Shown here: positions 37,601 to 49,290 of the stretch, in pieces
Position numbering within the stretch: position 1 is the stretch's first letter
Layout of the letters: the number at the start of each line of letters is the position of its first letter
DNA from: Pocillopora damicornis
Taxonomy: Eukaryota
Length of the DNA stretch: 64,000 nt
Reading direction: 5' to 3'
Assembly (NCBI RefSeq): GCF_003704095.1
Contig: NW_020846873.1
Coordinates: forward strand, 62,001-126,000
The notes under the pieces: model-generated
What the model was told of the DNA's origin: nothing
The model's database searches: none
What the model saw: the letters and a program-made list of their open reading frames with translations, nothing else
Translations under genes and position numbers: made by a program

Positions 37601-40600
37601 ATTTGCCTTATTTTTTCCAGAAGTAAATGATCAACATCACTTGATATATTTCAGAAGACTGCAGTAAAAAGTGAATCCTTCCAACTAAAAACCAAACAGT
37701 GAAATCTTACCTGGTCTTCACCAATCATAACCTCTTCAATCACTTTACATTCCCCAAGTTTCACAAGCTCTGGACGGCCAAATGTTGATACAATTTCTCC
37801 ACCTAAAAATATAAATAGCTGATTGAATTTTATCAAAAATTTATGAATTGACCTCTAGTTTTCAGGTACAGCACAAGTGAAGCAGTATAAGTTTAATGAA
37901 GAAAATTATTAAGGTTTACCTACCTAATACCAAAGCTAATCTCTCAACACCTTCAAAATCAGCATGTTCAATTGCCATGACACCAGCATCAGCAAATAAC
38001 TGCTCTGGATAGTTATAGATAAGTTGTCTAAGAAAAAGAAAACTCAGTAAGTTCATCTCCCATACCACTTATCAACTGTTAGTAACAGTTTTGCATTTTA
38101 CTTGAACTAACGATCCAAAAAAAAAAAAAACCACCCATACATGTAATTTTGTACATGTGTATACCCATGTATGCAAAAACTTCAACACTCACCTATTAAT
38201 AAAACAAGAAATATCGTGCTTAAGAATCATGTCCACTTTTTCTTTCATCTTATGCTGAGGAGAAAATTGCAACATGACAACTAATCAATTCCCATTTAAT
38301 TTATTTTTATAAATATTTTGACAAAATGTAATAAACTTTGAAAAAAGAGAGTACATAGCACACAGAAAGACTACTTCAGTCTTCCATGCTAAAACTGAAC
38401 CACCAAACGAAAAAACTAACCTTTTCTGCAAGCTCTAGTTCTTCTAGCTTTGCAGTTGATTCTACCCTCACTCGGGAACCAAATACCTTTTGAAAGACAA
38501 CTAAAAGTTAGTCTATGCATCTAGAAACTATAATGTTCACATGAGAGATTGGTCCAACCAAAGAAAAACCTCTCTATAAAAGGTCATTGAGCATACATTG
38601 TTCCATAACTCACCTTGATTTTATCTGCATCCATTGAAGTGTTTGCAATGAGGATCTTTGCATTTTCTATTCTTTTTGGTTGATTTACACCAATCTTCTT
38701 GTCAAGCAAAAATCCTGTTATGATAGTGAAAAGCGTGAATTTTTACTTTCAAAAACCTTTGATTCATTCAAAAAATTATCATCACTTATCAAGATTGGCA
38801 TGTTATTGACTACTACATACCTTCATCCAAGTATGAGTCAACCAGGTTTCCACCAAGTTTTTTGATGATCTGAATGGCATCCAAGTTTCCACTGCCCTGA
38901 AATTTCGAGAAAAACCAGACTTCTGTCTACATCAAACCACATGTTTCAAATGTAATCACTAATCAATGAACACTGACAAGAAATCCTAGACAAATCATTA
39001 ACAATTATCTTATCATGACCAACCAATTTACTACAGTCCCAGTACAAGTTAACTATGCCTGTCACTCAATATACTTTACTAGTATAAATTATGAAATATG
39101 ACAAGTAACAACTGTTACAATCGATATCTGGCATCCCTACAATCTGGTATCCCCTGGCAAAAACCATTAAGACATCTGATTGGTTGACTGGCCATTGCCA
39201 GCTTTTTAACTTCCTACCATTTGGAACTCTTAACCCATTTACACCCAAGATCTCATTAGTAATACTCCTTACTGTGTGCCATACAATTCTTATGATGCTA
39301 GTACTGAGAATTTGGTACTGGATCAACTAGAAATCCTCAAAATTTTAAATTTTTCTTTATTCTTGTCACCTGTTTGATTGAGATTGTATTGTTATTGTAA
39401 GGAGAAAATCTGTCTTGGTCACCCATGGGAGTTAAGGGTTAATCCTAACCATTCATTTGAACGTGTCCTTTAGTGGAATGTCGTAATGATGTGGGATATC
39501 GATCAAATGAAGCCTTTAAGTGCTACTGTGGTTCTTTCTTTATTCACTCCGAGCTTTCGCCGTTCTACGGCATCATCAGTCCCTGATGATGCCGTAGAAC
39601 GGCGAAAGCTCGGAGTGAATAAAGAAAGAACCACAGTAGCACCTAACCATTCAATTTGATTGAAGTTTACACAGAGTTTTCATTTCACACAGATATACTT
39701 ACAACTTCATGTTAAAGTGATGACCCAATCAATGAAAAAAATGCCTTAATCAAAATTGGAAGTACCAGCTACATCTATGAATTCATTGCGACATATCTGT
39801 AGAATTGATTTTACCTTAAGTCGTAACACTGCCTCAACAGCAAGAGTTGCAAAATGATCTCGATGTTGCACCAAAATTTTTGAGCTAAGTGTTGTTCTTG
39901 CAATATTCAACAAGTCCTCTTTAAATTTTTGCTCATCACTGCTGTGATCAACAGCTGCAGCCTCCAAGGCCTTCTGAGCAACTTGTACAGCTTTCCGCCA
40001 ACCAGACACAATAATCTGGGGATGTACTTTACATGACACAAGTTTTTCAGCCTCCTGATATAGAACACAGGCCAAATATTAGTACAATGTTGCAAAATTT
40101 ACATTTCAGTGATACCAATGTGAGAAGAAAGCTGAATAGTCTTTGTCATCATTACTATTGTTGTTTTTGTATTTTTCTAATCAAATATATCAAAACATAT
40201 ATTTGTTGGAAACAAAGAATAGTAATTCTAAAACTTCAATCTATAAGGGCAGTGCTCATAAACTTGTCTGTAAGATAGTTGGTCATTCATACCATCTTTG
40301 TTACAATGTAATGACAAGAGTCAATCTAACAGGGCATAATGTTGTCTCTGTTCACAATTATTTAAATTTAGATCACCTTATCTGATTCAAGACCTTGGTT
40401 ACTTATAACATTTAATACTTGCACACCATACCCGCAGCAATTCACAAGCTAGTACTGTCACACTTGTTGTGCCATCCCCAACTTCATTGTCTTGAACTTT
40501 TGATAACTCTAATTAAATGGAGAACAAAGGAAACAAGAAAGACTACTTGCAAAAAGCACACTGTCTGGATTGCAATGCTGTGGAAAGGTATTCTATCATC

Positions 40601-42254
40601 TGGCAATAGTAGAACCCCTCATTCCTCCTTAGTTGTGGTTTTGGGTCAGGTCACTTGTCTTCTCTGAACAGTTGAGCCACTCTTCATATTCAAATTCAGT
40701 AATATATAGATTTAGCCAAGCCTAAAAGCAGAGCTCGCATTTTTTCCCACACATCTCAAGGACACAACACCTTGCCCTGGCTAGAACCTGGGTCGTCCAA
40801 CTTGGAGCCCAGTGCACTGACCACTGAACTACTGAACAAAGCTGTGGCATTAGCGTGCCCGTGGTACAGTTGACCACACATGTTAAAAGTAGCATCTTGT
40901 GCAGTCATGAGGTCATACAGTCGTATGGTTGTACATCCAAATCTTTTTGGCTTGATGGGTTACTACTATTTTGTATAATTATGGGGCTACGCTCTGCGAG
41001 TTCTGCTATTATGCCCAATTGAGTGTTTGCCATGCAAGGGGTCTGACAGTTGTTTCTGTCTTATGATATCATATAAATTTTTAAAGCTACAACCTTCTTG
41101 AATAAGTTTATTATAGAACTACCTCACTTACCCACAAGAATTTTTGCAGCTGGATTATCAACTCCAATGGATTTTAGGATTGTTGCTCCGTCATTTGTAA
41201 CCTGAATTTCTTCAGCCTTGCTAAACGACTGTAGAATTTTGTCCTGAGAAGTAAATCAAACACAATTAAAGCCAAGAATAACTAGCAAAATCTACAAAAC
41301 ATAGCATGTATGGTACAAAGGATGTAACATAGTGTTTCTTTCCAACCATTTAAGCTGAAATGTCACATTAATTGTCTTGCAAATAATTTGTGAGCTCCAA
41401 ACTGATAAACACCACCCAACAGAGAAATAACAACATCCTTTATTGTGATACATTTTTAACCTGAAAATTGAGAGGGTTTTTTTAGAGGTTAATGCCGAAA
41501 TACGAAGAGTGGAACTGGAAAAGTAACCAATACAAAAGTGAAAGATTTCCAGGCTTTAGGGCGCTCACTTATGGATAATATTTTCACAAGATCGCATGTC
41601 ACAACTGTTCGTCTCTGTTTAAAAGTTTGTTCATTACAATGAGATGGAGCAAATTTACAACTTGTGGTAACAAGAAGAGAATAACTCTATGATCAAGCAT
41701 GAGAGAACACAGATTGCAAAAGCATGTAGTATACTCTACCATTCCTTTCGGACCAAGAGTGCTCTTGACGAGATCTCCAATAGCTATAGCACCAACAAAT
41801 GACGACTGAAATAATCAAAGAAAATGTATACAATGTGCTACTGCATCCACTAGTCAACACGATTGTAAGCCATCAAACGCTGGGTGTGCCAACACATTTG
41901 ATTTGACAGATTTCTGGCTTCATGCGAGAGGAAACAATTATCAAACGCAATCTTGTAAGATTTGTGATTTAAAACAAATATATATACACTGGACAGCAAA
42001 TTAGCAGCCACATAGAAAAACTTGAGTACGTTTGGCGAATAATTTAAAACAAGAAAGACAAGTCATAAAATTAAAATGTTTTCTGTGCTTACAAGACGAG
42101 CTGTTTCGGCTCTTTCCTCTTCGGCACCTTGGTTAAGAATCTGAACTGGGTTGAGGGAGACCTGAAATATAAAAAGTCGTGCACAAGAATAATCAATTAA
42201 ATTTCCTCACTTTGAGTGCAGATGAGAGTCAATGAAATAAAAGAGAATTACCAT
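34605..42254 (-). CDS. CCT2: T-complex protein 1 subunit beta (chaperonin CCT/TRiC), 17 coding exons
   Basis: The first coding exon contributes only the ATG (42254-42252). It continues [155 protein letters not shown]. Confidence 0.97.
39461..39642. mobile_element. Penelope-like element terminus in inverted duplication (perfect 60-bp palindrome) with probable target-site duplication
   Basis: Arms 39520-39579 and 39583-39642 are exact reverse complements around TCC. The direct repeat CCTAACCATTCA occurs at 39444-39455 and 39642-39653. Confidence 0.75.
39577..39617 (+). ncRNA. Minimal type I hammerhead ribozyme motif (PLE-associated); mirrored core on the minus strand
   Basis: CAGTCC-CTGATGA-T-GCCGT AGA ACGGC-GAAA-GC-TC-GGAGTG shows intact CUGANGA and GAAA core boxes, a 5-bp stem II, a palindromic AGCT stem III and UC cleavage context. 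Stem I is partial (TCC/GGA, mismatch, CA/TG). Confidence 0.7.
40768..40832 (-). mobile_element. tRNA-derived SINE head remnant
   Basis: Minus strand AGTAGTTCAGTGGTCAGTGCACTGGGCTCCAAGTTGGACGACCCAGGTTCTAGCC contains degenerate A and B boxes but no full cloverleaf. Confidence 0.45.
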
Positions 42255-42617
42255 TTTTGTACAATTTTACACAAGCACGTGTGGCTTCTGTAAAAATTTG
42301 AAGTTTCCAACGCTGTTGAGCCTGCGTTAAACAAGCGAACAGTTGCATTTACATTTTTCTCCACTTAGGCTGAATTGGAGTGTACCAACGAGGCCCCGAA
42401 GAGTTACGGAGTGTCCCCGAGTTTTTCCGACGATACTTCCGCAAACTACGATTAGTTGACGTCAGTGTCACGAGGATAATTTCGGTACTTGTCGGTGTTG
42501 TAAGATTGAAAATGGAGTCCGGAACTTAATTGTAAATCCCAGTAGAGGAGCATAAAATACCGTTTTTTCTTACTTCTGATCAAGATTTAGGTTTCAACGA
42601 GATCACAGATCGTGGGA
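42255..42617. promoter_or_regulatory. Bidirectional promoter region CCT2/RAB21
   Basis: There are 363 bp between the divergent ATGs, and the spacer is CpG-rich. It carries CACGTG at 42276, ACTTCCG at 42435 and TGACGTCA at 42457. Confidence 0.65.
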
Positions 42618-45600
42618 ATGGCTTCAGCGTCGCGTAAAAACCAATTCAAAGTGGTTTTGCTAGGGGAGGGCTGCGTTGGTAAGACGTCCCTTATGCTCCG
42701 ATACGTACAAGACAAGTTCAACGATAAGCATTTAACTACCTTACAAGTAGGTAACTTTTTGTGTTACGTGAGTCGTAAACCTGGCCCAGGGCCATCACAT
42801 GATACAGTATATAAGATTTGGAAAAAGGGCATAAATTAAAGAGTTACTTAACTTATCATATCATAGCTCTTTCCAGTCAGACTGGAGACCGGCCCATTTC
42901 TTCACACGATTCCTGATATCAGTACTGAATGGACAATGTCTTCTGTGTTTATGATGACTTAAGGTGTTGATGTATCGGTTTAAGAAATATTTAGGTAATT
43001 GAGAGTATTGGATTATTTGGACATATCATAAAATTGAAATTTGTGTGAAATAAAGGATGATCGACAACTTTGTGCTGAAGTTACTCCTTTATTACTTCGT
43101 ACAAAACGTATAATTCTAAAACAGATGCTTACGTAAATACGATTAGTTCCTTACATTTCATAAAACATTCCAACCAGAAGTTAATTTAGTTACAACTAAG
43201 GGATTTATATGTTGGAGCTTGCTTTGATCTATTCAAAAGAAATTGCAACATCAAAACCGAAAAACAACCGGATGTGAATGTGCATGTTATGTATGGACTT
43301 ACATCGAGTTAGGACAGAACAAGAGACTACTAATTTACCTGGCTACCTTAGTATTCTTCATTTAGGAATGTAAGGGATATTTTGCACCAATAAGTGATTT
43401 CCTTTACTTTCTCTTTGATAATAAAATCATTGGGAAATAACTGTGAACAACTTCATTTTGAAAGTATTTGAATATGTATGTTGTAAACATTTTTGAAAAT
43501 TTCTGGAATTTTCTCTGCAGACAGAGGCTAACCTCTTATAACACTTCAGACATGTAAACATTTGTGAAAAAATTTTGAGTAATTAAAGCAAGTCTTTGAG
43601 CAGATGTCACACTTTCAACTTACAGTCCTTTTAATTTGGACAGTAGAAGTACATGTAGCTTATTTAAAGGGGTGAGCAATGAAAAACCAGGACACAGGAG
43701 GTACCATGCTGTTTGGACACATTGTGGGTCTAGGGTGCAGTGATTATTCACTGCTTGTTGACATCACTATTTATTGTTCCCTTAAAATTGCAACATGAGC
43801 AACCAAATTGCTGAACACCATAGAGTCACAAACCACACCACAGACTGGGTTGTTGGACAATGTTTCACCTACACAATGGGGAACTTTAAAACGTCTTACT
43901 TTTGAAAGCACGTTCATTAACTTAAAACCAACTCCCCTCAACTTACGTCCAACCAGTTCACAACATTTACTCAAACTTACCAAACTGAAGGACTTAACAT
44001 TACTCACGGATCAAAACCAAAAAATTAGAGCTGATTTACAATAAAGCCTTCTCTCACCCAGATAATGAGACTATCAAGACCGTGTTATAATAGTTATTAA
44101 ATGCTTTCATCTTCAGAACAAAACTTGGCACATGTGATAAACCTTTTTGTTGGTATGCATATTAATAACTGAAGTGAAATATTGTCTCATTGTTTCTTTC
44201 AAGGCATCATTCTTGAATAAAAGATTAAATATAGATGGGCAAAGAGTGAACATTGCAATATGGGTGAGTATATTGATTCAAATTTAACACACTACCTGTT
44301 GATAAAAGGAGTTAGCATAGCTATGAATTGATTCGATTGATTTAATTGTTGTAAGTTTATAAGGAAATTTCCAGTTATTCCAAAACTCCAGAGAAAACTT
44401 AAAATTAAAGACTGAGTCCTAGACAAGAATAGGCTTCAGACTACAGTATTTTATAATTTTTGAGTGTTGGAATGTCATAACATAATGCCCTGTTATCTTA
44501 AATCAATTTCTCATTCATATATCTATCTATAGGACACAGCAGGCCAGGAAAGATTTCATGCTTTAGGACCAATTTATTACAGAGATAGGTAAGGAGTCAA
44601 CATACTTTTGGAGTTTTCTGTTGTGTGCTTTATATAAAAGTGGCTACCAAGTATTGTTGTGAGGTGTCTGGTGTCAAGTAGACCACAGAGTATGTCAAAA
44701 TCATTTATGTGTATTTCCTTTAATAGATCATAAGAACTAATTGGAATGCGTATATAACTCAGACCATTATATTATCGCTAAGTTATAATTGGGCTGATCT
44801 GAACTGATTATTTCTAAGTTGGTTTTTTTTTTCATTTTTGCAGCAATGGTGCAATTCTAGTTTATGATATAACAGATGAAGATTCCTTTTTCAAGGTAAT
44901 AAAAAGTCATGATGTTACCTGACTGTTACAAATGCACAGTGTAATGAATGTTCTAGCATTTATAAATTAATAATTCAGCTGTATATCTTTTGTATGACAA
45001 ACAGGTGAAAAACTGGGTCAAGGAACTTAAGAAAATGTTGGGAGAAGATATTGCACTCTGCATAGCAGGTAATAATGTCTACTTGTAGTTCTTGTGTGTT
45101 GAGATAGATATCACCCTCTTGATGTACCCTATATTGATATTTGATCATTATCTTTATAATAGGAAACAAAATTGACCTCGAAAAAGACAGACATGTGGAG
45201 GCATCAGAGGCAGAAGCGTAAGTTTGTTATCTTAAGGCTCTTTATTGTTTTTGTTACCTTCTAAGAGTCAAAATTTAGGATACTGTAGACACCAGCATAT
45301 AAGCTGCACCAGCAGGTAAGCCACACCCCATGTTTGGAAGGTGGAGTTTTAAGAAGGTTGCTTTTTATTTGGGTTACATCACCAACATTGAACACAGATA
45401 ACACTTTGTATCATAGCTTATAACTTTAGCTGTATTAGTAGGGACATCATGTCCACTGACTTAGACTTATAGCTTAGTTGCCAAGCATTTGATGAGGGGA
45501 AGGGATACTAGACACAACTAGCTTCTGAAACGTAAAATGTTCATGGCAACACACAGCAAGGTTCCTTGTTGGTAACTTTTAGCCACTCAAGGATGCTACA

Positions 45601-46447
45601 CAATATTATCAATATATCAGCACCTTCAAAATGCACATGAAGGGGGTGGAAACCCTTTGTAACTTTGAAAAAATAGCCAAGAACAGGAGAGTAATCAAAG
45701 AAACTGAAAGTGAGCTTGTAATAATTTTGTCTTAGATCATGATAAACAGGTATGTTGTAAATCACAGATCTTCAATCATTATAATTCCAGGTATGCCAAG
45801 ACAGTAGGGGCAAAGCACTTCCATACATCAGCAAAACTTAACAAAGGTGTAGAAGAAATGTTCTTTGAGCTTGCAAAGCGTAAGTGTTATTTTGTACTTT
45901 AATTTCTAGCCATATGATGAATTCCTCCCTAAAAATATTCACAAATAGTTTGCTACTTTTTCAGGTGGTTTGTGTATCTGGAAAATTGTAACCAAAAAAA
46001 TGTAGTGTTGTTCTTCTCCATCCGTCACCTTTTTTTGTTCCATTTTGGTTAATTCTTGCCTCCCTGGTATTTATCCTTGCTAAAAACATGAAAACCTCTC
46101 CTTTAATGTTACCTACTTTAAAAAAGAAATACTTAAAGTTTAGTGGAATTGGAATTTGTCATGAGTTTGTCAAATGCCTGGGGAAAAAAGTTCTTGCACC
46201 ATACCTGTGGTTGTAGACTGTTAATGAACAGTTAACTTAACTTGAGTGATTGCATCATGAGCACATTGCAAGGGTTATTTGTTACGGTTTTTTCCTCAAA
46301 GAAATGCTGGAGAGACAAGAAAAAAATGAGGGCAATCGTGATGGAATACCTGACAGAGGAAATAGCAGGCGGAAGAATGTGGTAATAGTTGATGAACAAC
46401 CCCAGCGACAGAGCAGTAGTGGTTGTTGTGGTGGAGGGGGATCATAG
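42618..46447 (+). CDS. RAB21: Ras-related protein Rab-21, 8 coding exons
   Basis: Exons approx. 42618-42746, 44204-44263, 44533-44588, 44844-44895, 45005-45068, 45163-45217, 45791-45879, 46302-46447. Motifs are FKVVLLGEGCVGKTS, FNDKHLTTLQASF, WDTAGQERFHALGPIYYRDSNGA, GNKIDL, TSAK and C-terminal GCCGGGGS. Confidence 0.97.
43801..44072 (+). mobile_element. Decayed Penelope-like element 3-prime fragment (end of GIY-YIG endonuclease region)
   Basis: NQIAEHHRVTNHTTDW..QCFTYT followed, after a frameshift, by KRLTFESTFINLKPTPLN. This resembles the IAEH..H.IDW..R..LES.F....LN tail of PLE ORFs. Confidence 0.7.
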
Positions 46448-49290
46448 AGTTTATCATGTGCAAACTGTGGTTTGCATTATCAATCAGTTCTCTCTCTTGT
46501 CTCTGTAATATAGAGCTTTAGATAAGGTAAACGATAGTTTATCAACAGGTAATAGTGTGGAGATAATGTTTTGCAAGAAGGAAGTGGCCTGACCCCAAGT
46601 TTGATAGTCCTGAGAACCATAGATCTTTATAATGTTTAGTGCAGAAAAGGACAATTTAATATAAGTATTCCTTGTATCAATTATTTTGTCTTTCTCAGTA
46701 ACTAATTGCCTGTCACTTCTTTTAAAGCTGGTAGTTATAATTTGGCAATAGTTCTATTATATTTACCCCAAACTTCTTTGGGGTATTTGGTATTTGAATA
46801 CTGTACTACAGGTGCAGGTGTAAATTGACAAGCAATAAATATTAATCAAGTTGACTAATGAAGTGCCTAAGGGGTTGAAGAATTAGACTGACAAACTGTT
46901 AAATGGCCTGTTTTCTCAAATGATTTAAGCTGTCAAATACATTTGTATTCTGAGAGGATAGTGAATCTGGCTTTTTCAAATGTGAAAAGACGAGATGACC
47001 TCCTGAACCATGTCATATCTCGCCATGAAATTGTAAGAGGGTGTATGACCCAAAGAGGTGCATTTACCTTGTTTTTAGCTTAATGGGCTCACTTATTAAT
47101 TAAAAATAAAAGTGATTTTGTTCTGACAATATACTCCTAAGCTGCGTCTAAATGTAGTAATAGGACAATCTTTTCTATTTTATAGCTATGTAACTTGTGG
47201 TAACTTAGTTGACATATAGTGGTTTTGATAACAAGTGGTAAGCCTGCAGCTATAGCCTCCTTATCACTTTCGGTTTATTGTACATTCATAACAAAAAACC
47301 ACATTAACTAGATTGTGTCAATCATGAGTGATGTTCAGTTGCATATTTTGCACATCTAAAAGATAAATTATGCCAAATGCAGCTGACTCGTTAGTGGTGA
47401 GATCAGATCTGGATTGGAAAAGTCCTTTTTTGGATATAATTGGAATCAAAGAACAGGCATCTCTCTTCATGAATGTATGCCAGTGATTTGAGATTTTGAA
47501 AGTTGTTATACTTGGCAGGACTGTCAATAAGGGCTGTACCCTTAATGTTACTGGTGAGGAAGTCAAAAATATTGCTGTCATGTTACACTTCACCGCATTT
47601 TACACTGCTGTGGGTGAAAATCCTCAGGTAATGGCTGCTTCAAAACTTACAGCCAGCTCTGCTCTGTTTGCTGTCTAGTGGGTCTCTCTAGTTTTTTTTA
47701 AAATTTTTTTTATGAGGTAAATGTTTTCCAAGCTTATGTGAGGAATGTATATGAATACAATATTTCAGCAAAGATTGCACAAGTGGTAATATTTTGGTAG
47801 TCTGATGGTGTGAAGTTTTGTAAAAATGAAAATTACATCATGGAGAATGCAAGTTAAGTTACTTTGTAATTCTGAGCTTGGAGTTTTTACTGAGAAATTA
47901 TTATTAAGTTGTGCATGCTTTCTTTGTCTGATGATTTTGTCATTGCTTGCTGTAAAATCACCCCAGTAATTTTGTCCTCTTTTTTGTATTGAAGAGTCAT
48001 AATCTATATTAAATTACAATTTGTTGTTTCTATTCATCTCAAGAACAGGATAACCTTTTTCATTGAATTTTAAACTCCAAATATCAAATTTCTATGTTTT
48101 GATTGGTTCTCTCAACTCCAGTTACCAGCTCATATTCCTAGTCACCTTATATGGAAATACATTGTGCCAACTGTTGTGCAGCTGTAAAAGGGCTCCAAAT
48201 ATCCAAACATTCAGGATTTACAAGTAATGAAATTCAGTTAAAAAACAATTATTCCATTCTCACTCGTTGGATATGAAACTGTTTACAGCCACCTCGGCAC
48301 TATTTACCATCTCATATCCAATGCCTTCTCAAGGAATAATTGAGTTCACACTCTAGAAACCAGCCTGGTAGCCAGGTAATGTATGATATACATTTCAAGG
48401 TATTTAGTCACTGGAATTTTACCCCAGTGTTTTCTCTTTGCCCTTGGTAAAAAAATCACAAATTTCTCTTAATCAATTTCAATACTTTTAATTTGTGTCA
48501 TTCTATACAGCAGTTTTGTATTCATAATGAGACAAGCAAATTATAAGAAAAAACTTCATACACATCTTAAAACTGTTGATGAGAGCTGGCAATTGCGAAG
48601 TCCTTTCTTCAAAATAGCACTCAAGTTGCTAAAAACTAGAATGCAATTCACAGCAGGTTTGTACTTTGCGACTGGCTTATCTATGCTTGACGTCGTAAAA
48701 CCTTAATTACGAGAAACCTACAAGAAGTTTCAACTGAGCTCAAAAAATTATAAAAAAATTTGGATGCCCTCTCACAGACACGTCAATCTCCTGTGGAAGT
48801 TTTCATTGATTACGTATCCAAACAAGGAAACCTTTGTAGGTCCCTTAAAAATTGCCTTACGATTTTGACAGCCTGTCCAAATAGAGATCGAAGCTTACAG
48901 ACTCTGAGAAAGTGGACATAAACAGAGGTTTCATCAAAAGCGGGTTACCGCTGGTCTACGGCCGCCCATCAGACCTTACCGCCGTCTGTTGAACCTGTGA
49001 GCTGGCTCGTACTTGGGTTTTGCTTTACGACCCCTATTCGGGCACAGCAGCCCATTAAACCATCATCAGCAGCTTATGGAAAAAGTTATTGACAACCCTG
49101 CAAATGCTAGTTCCATTGACAAAGGTGGTTCTATCACTGATCTTGAAGGAAGTTCCAGTTTTCAGTCAGAACAAAGCCCAGCCCGAATACCTCGTCTGAA
49201 CAGGAAGTAAGTTTCCAGCGATCCTCAAAAACTAAGACAGGTTCCCTTCGTTCGCAACAGTACAGCAAAGGACACGAGATCGTGCTAGCT

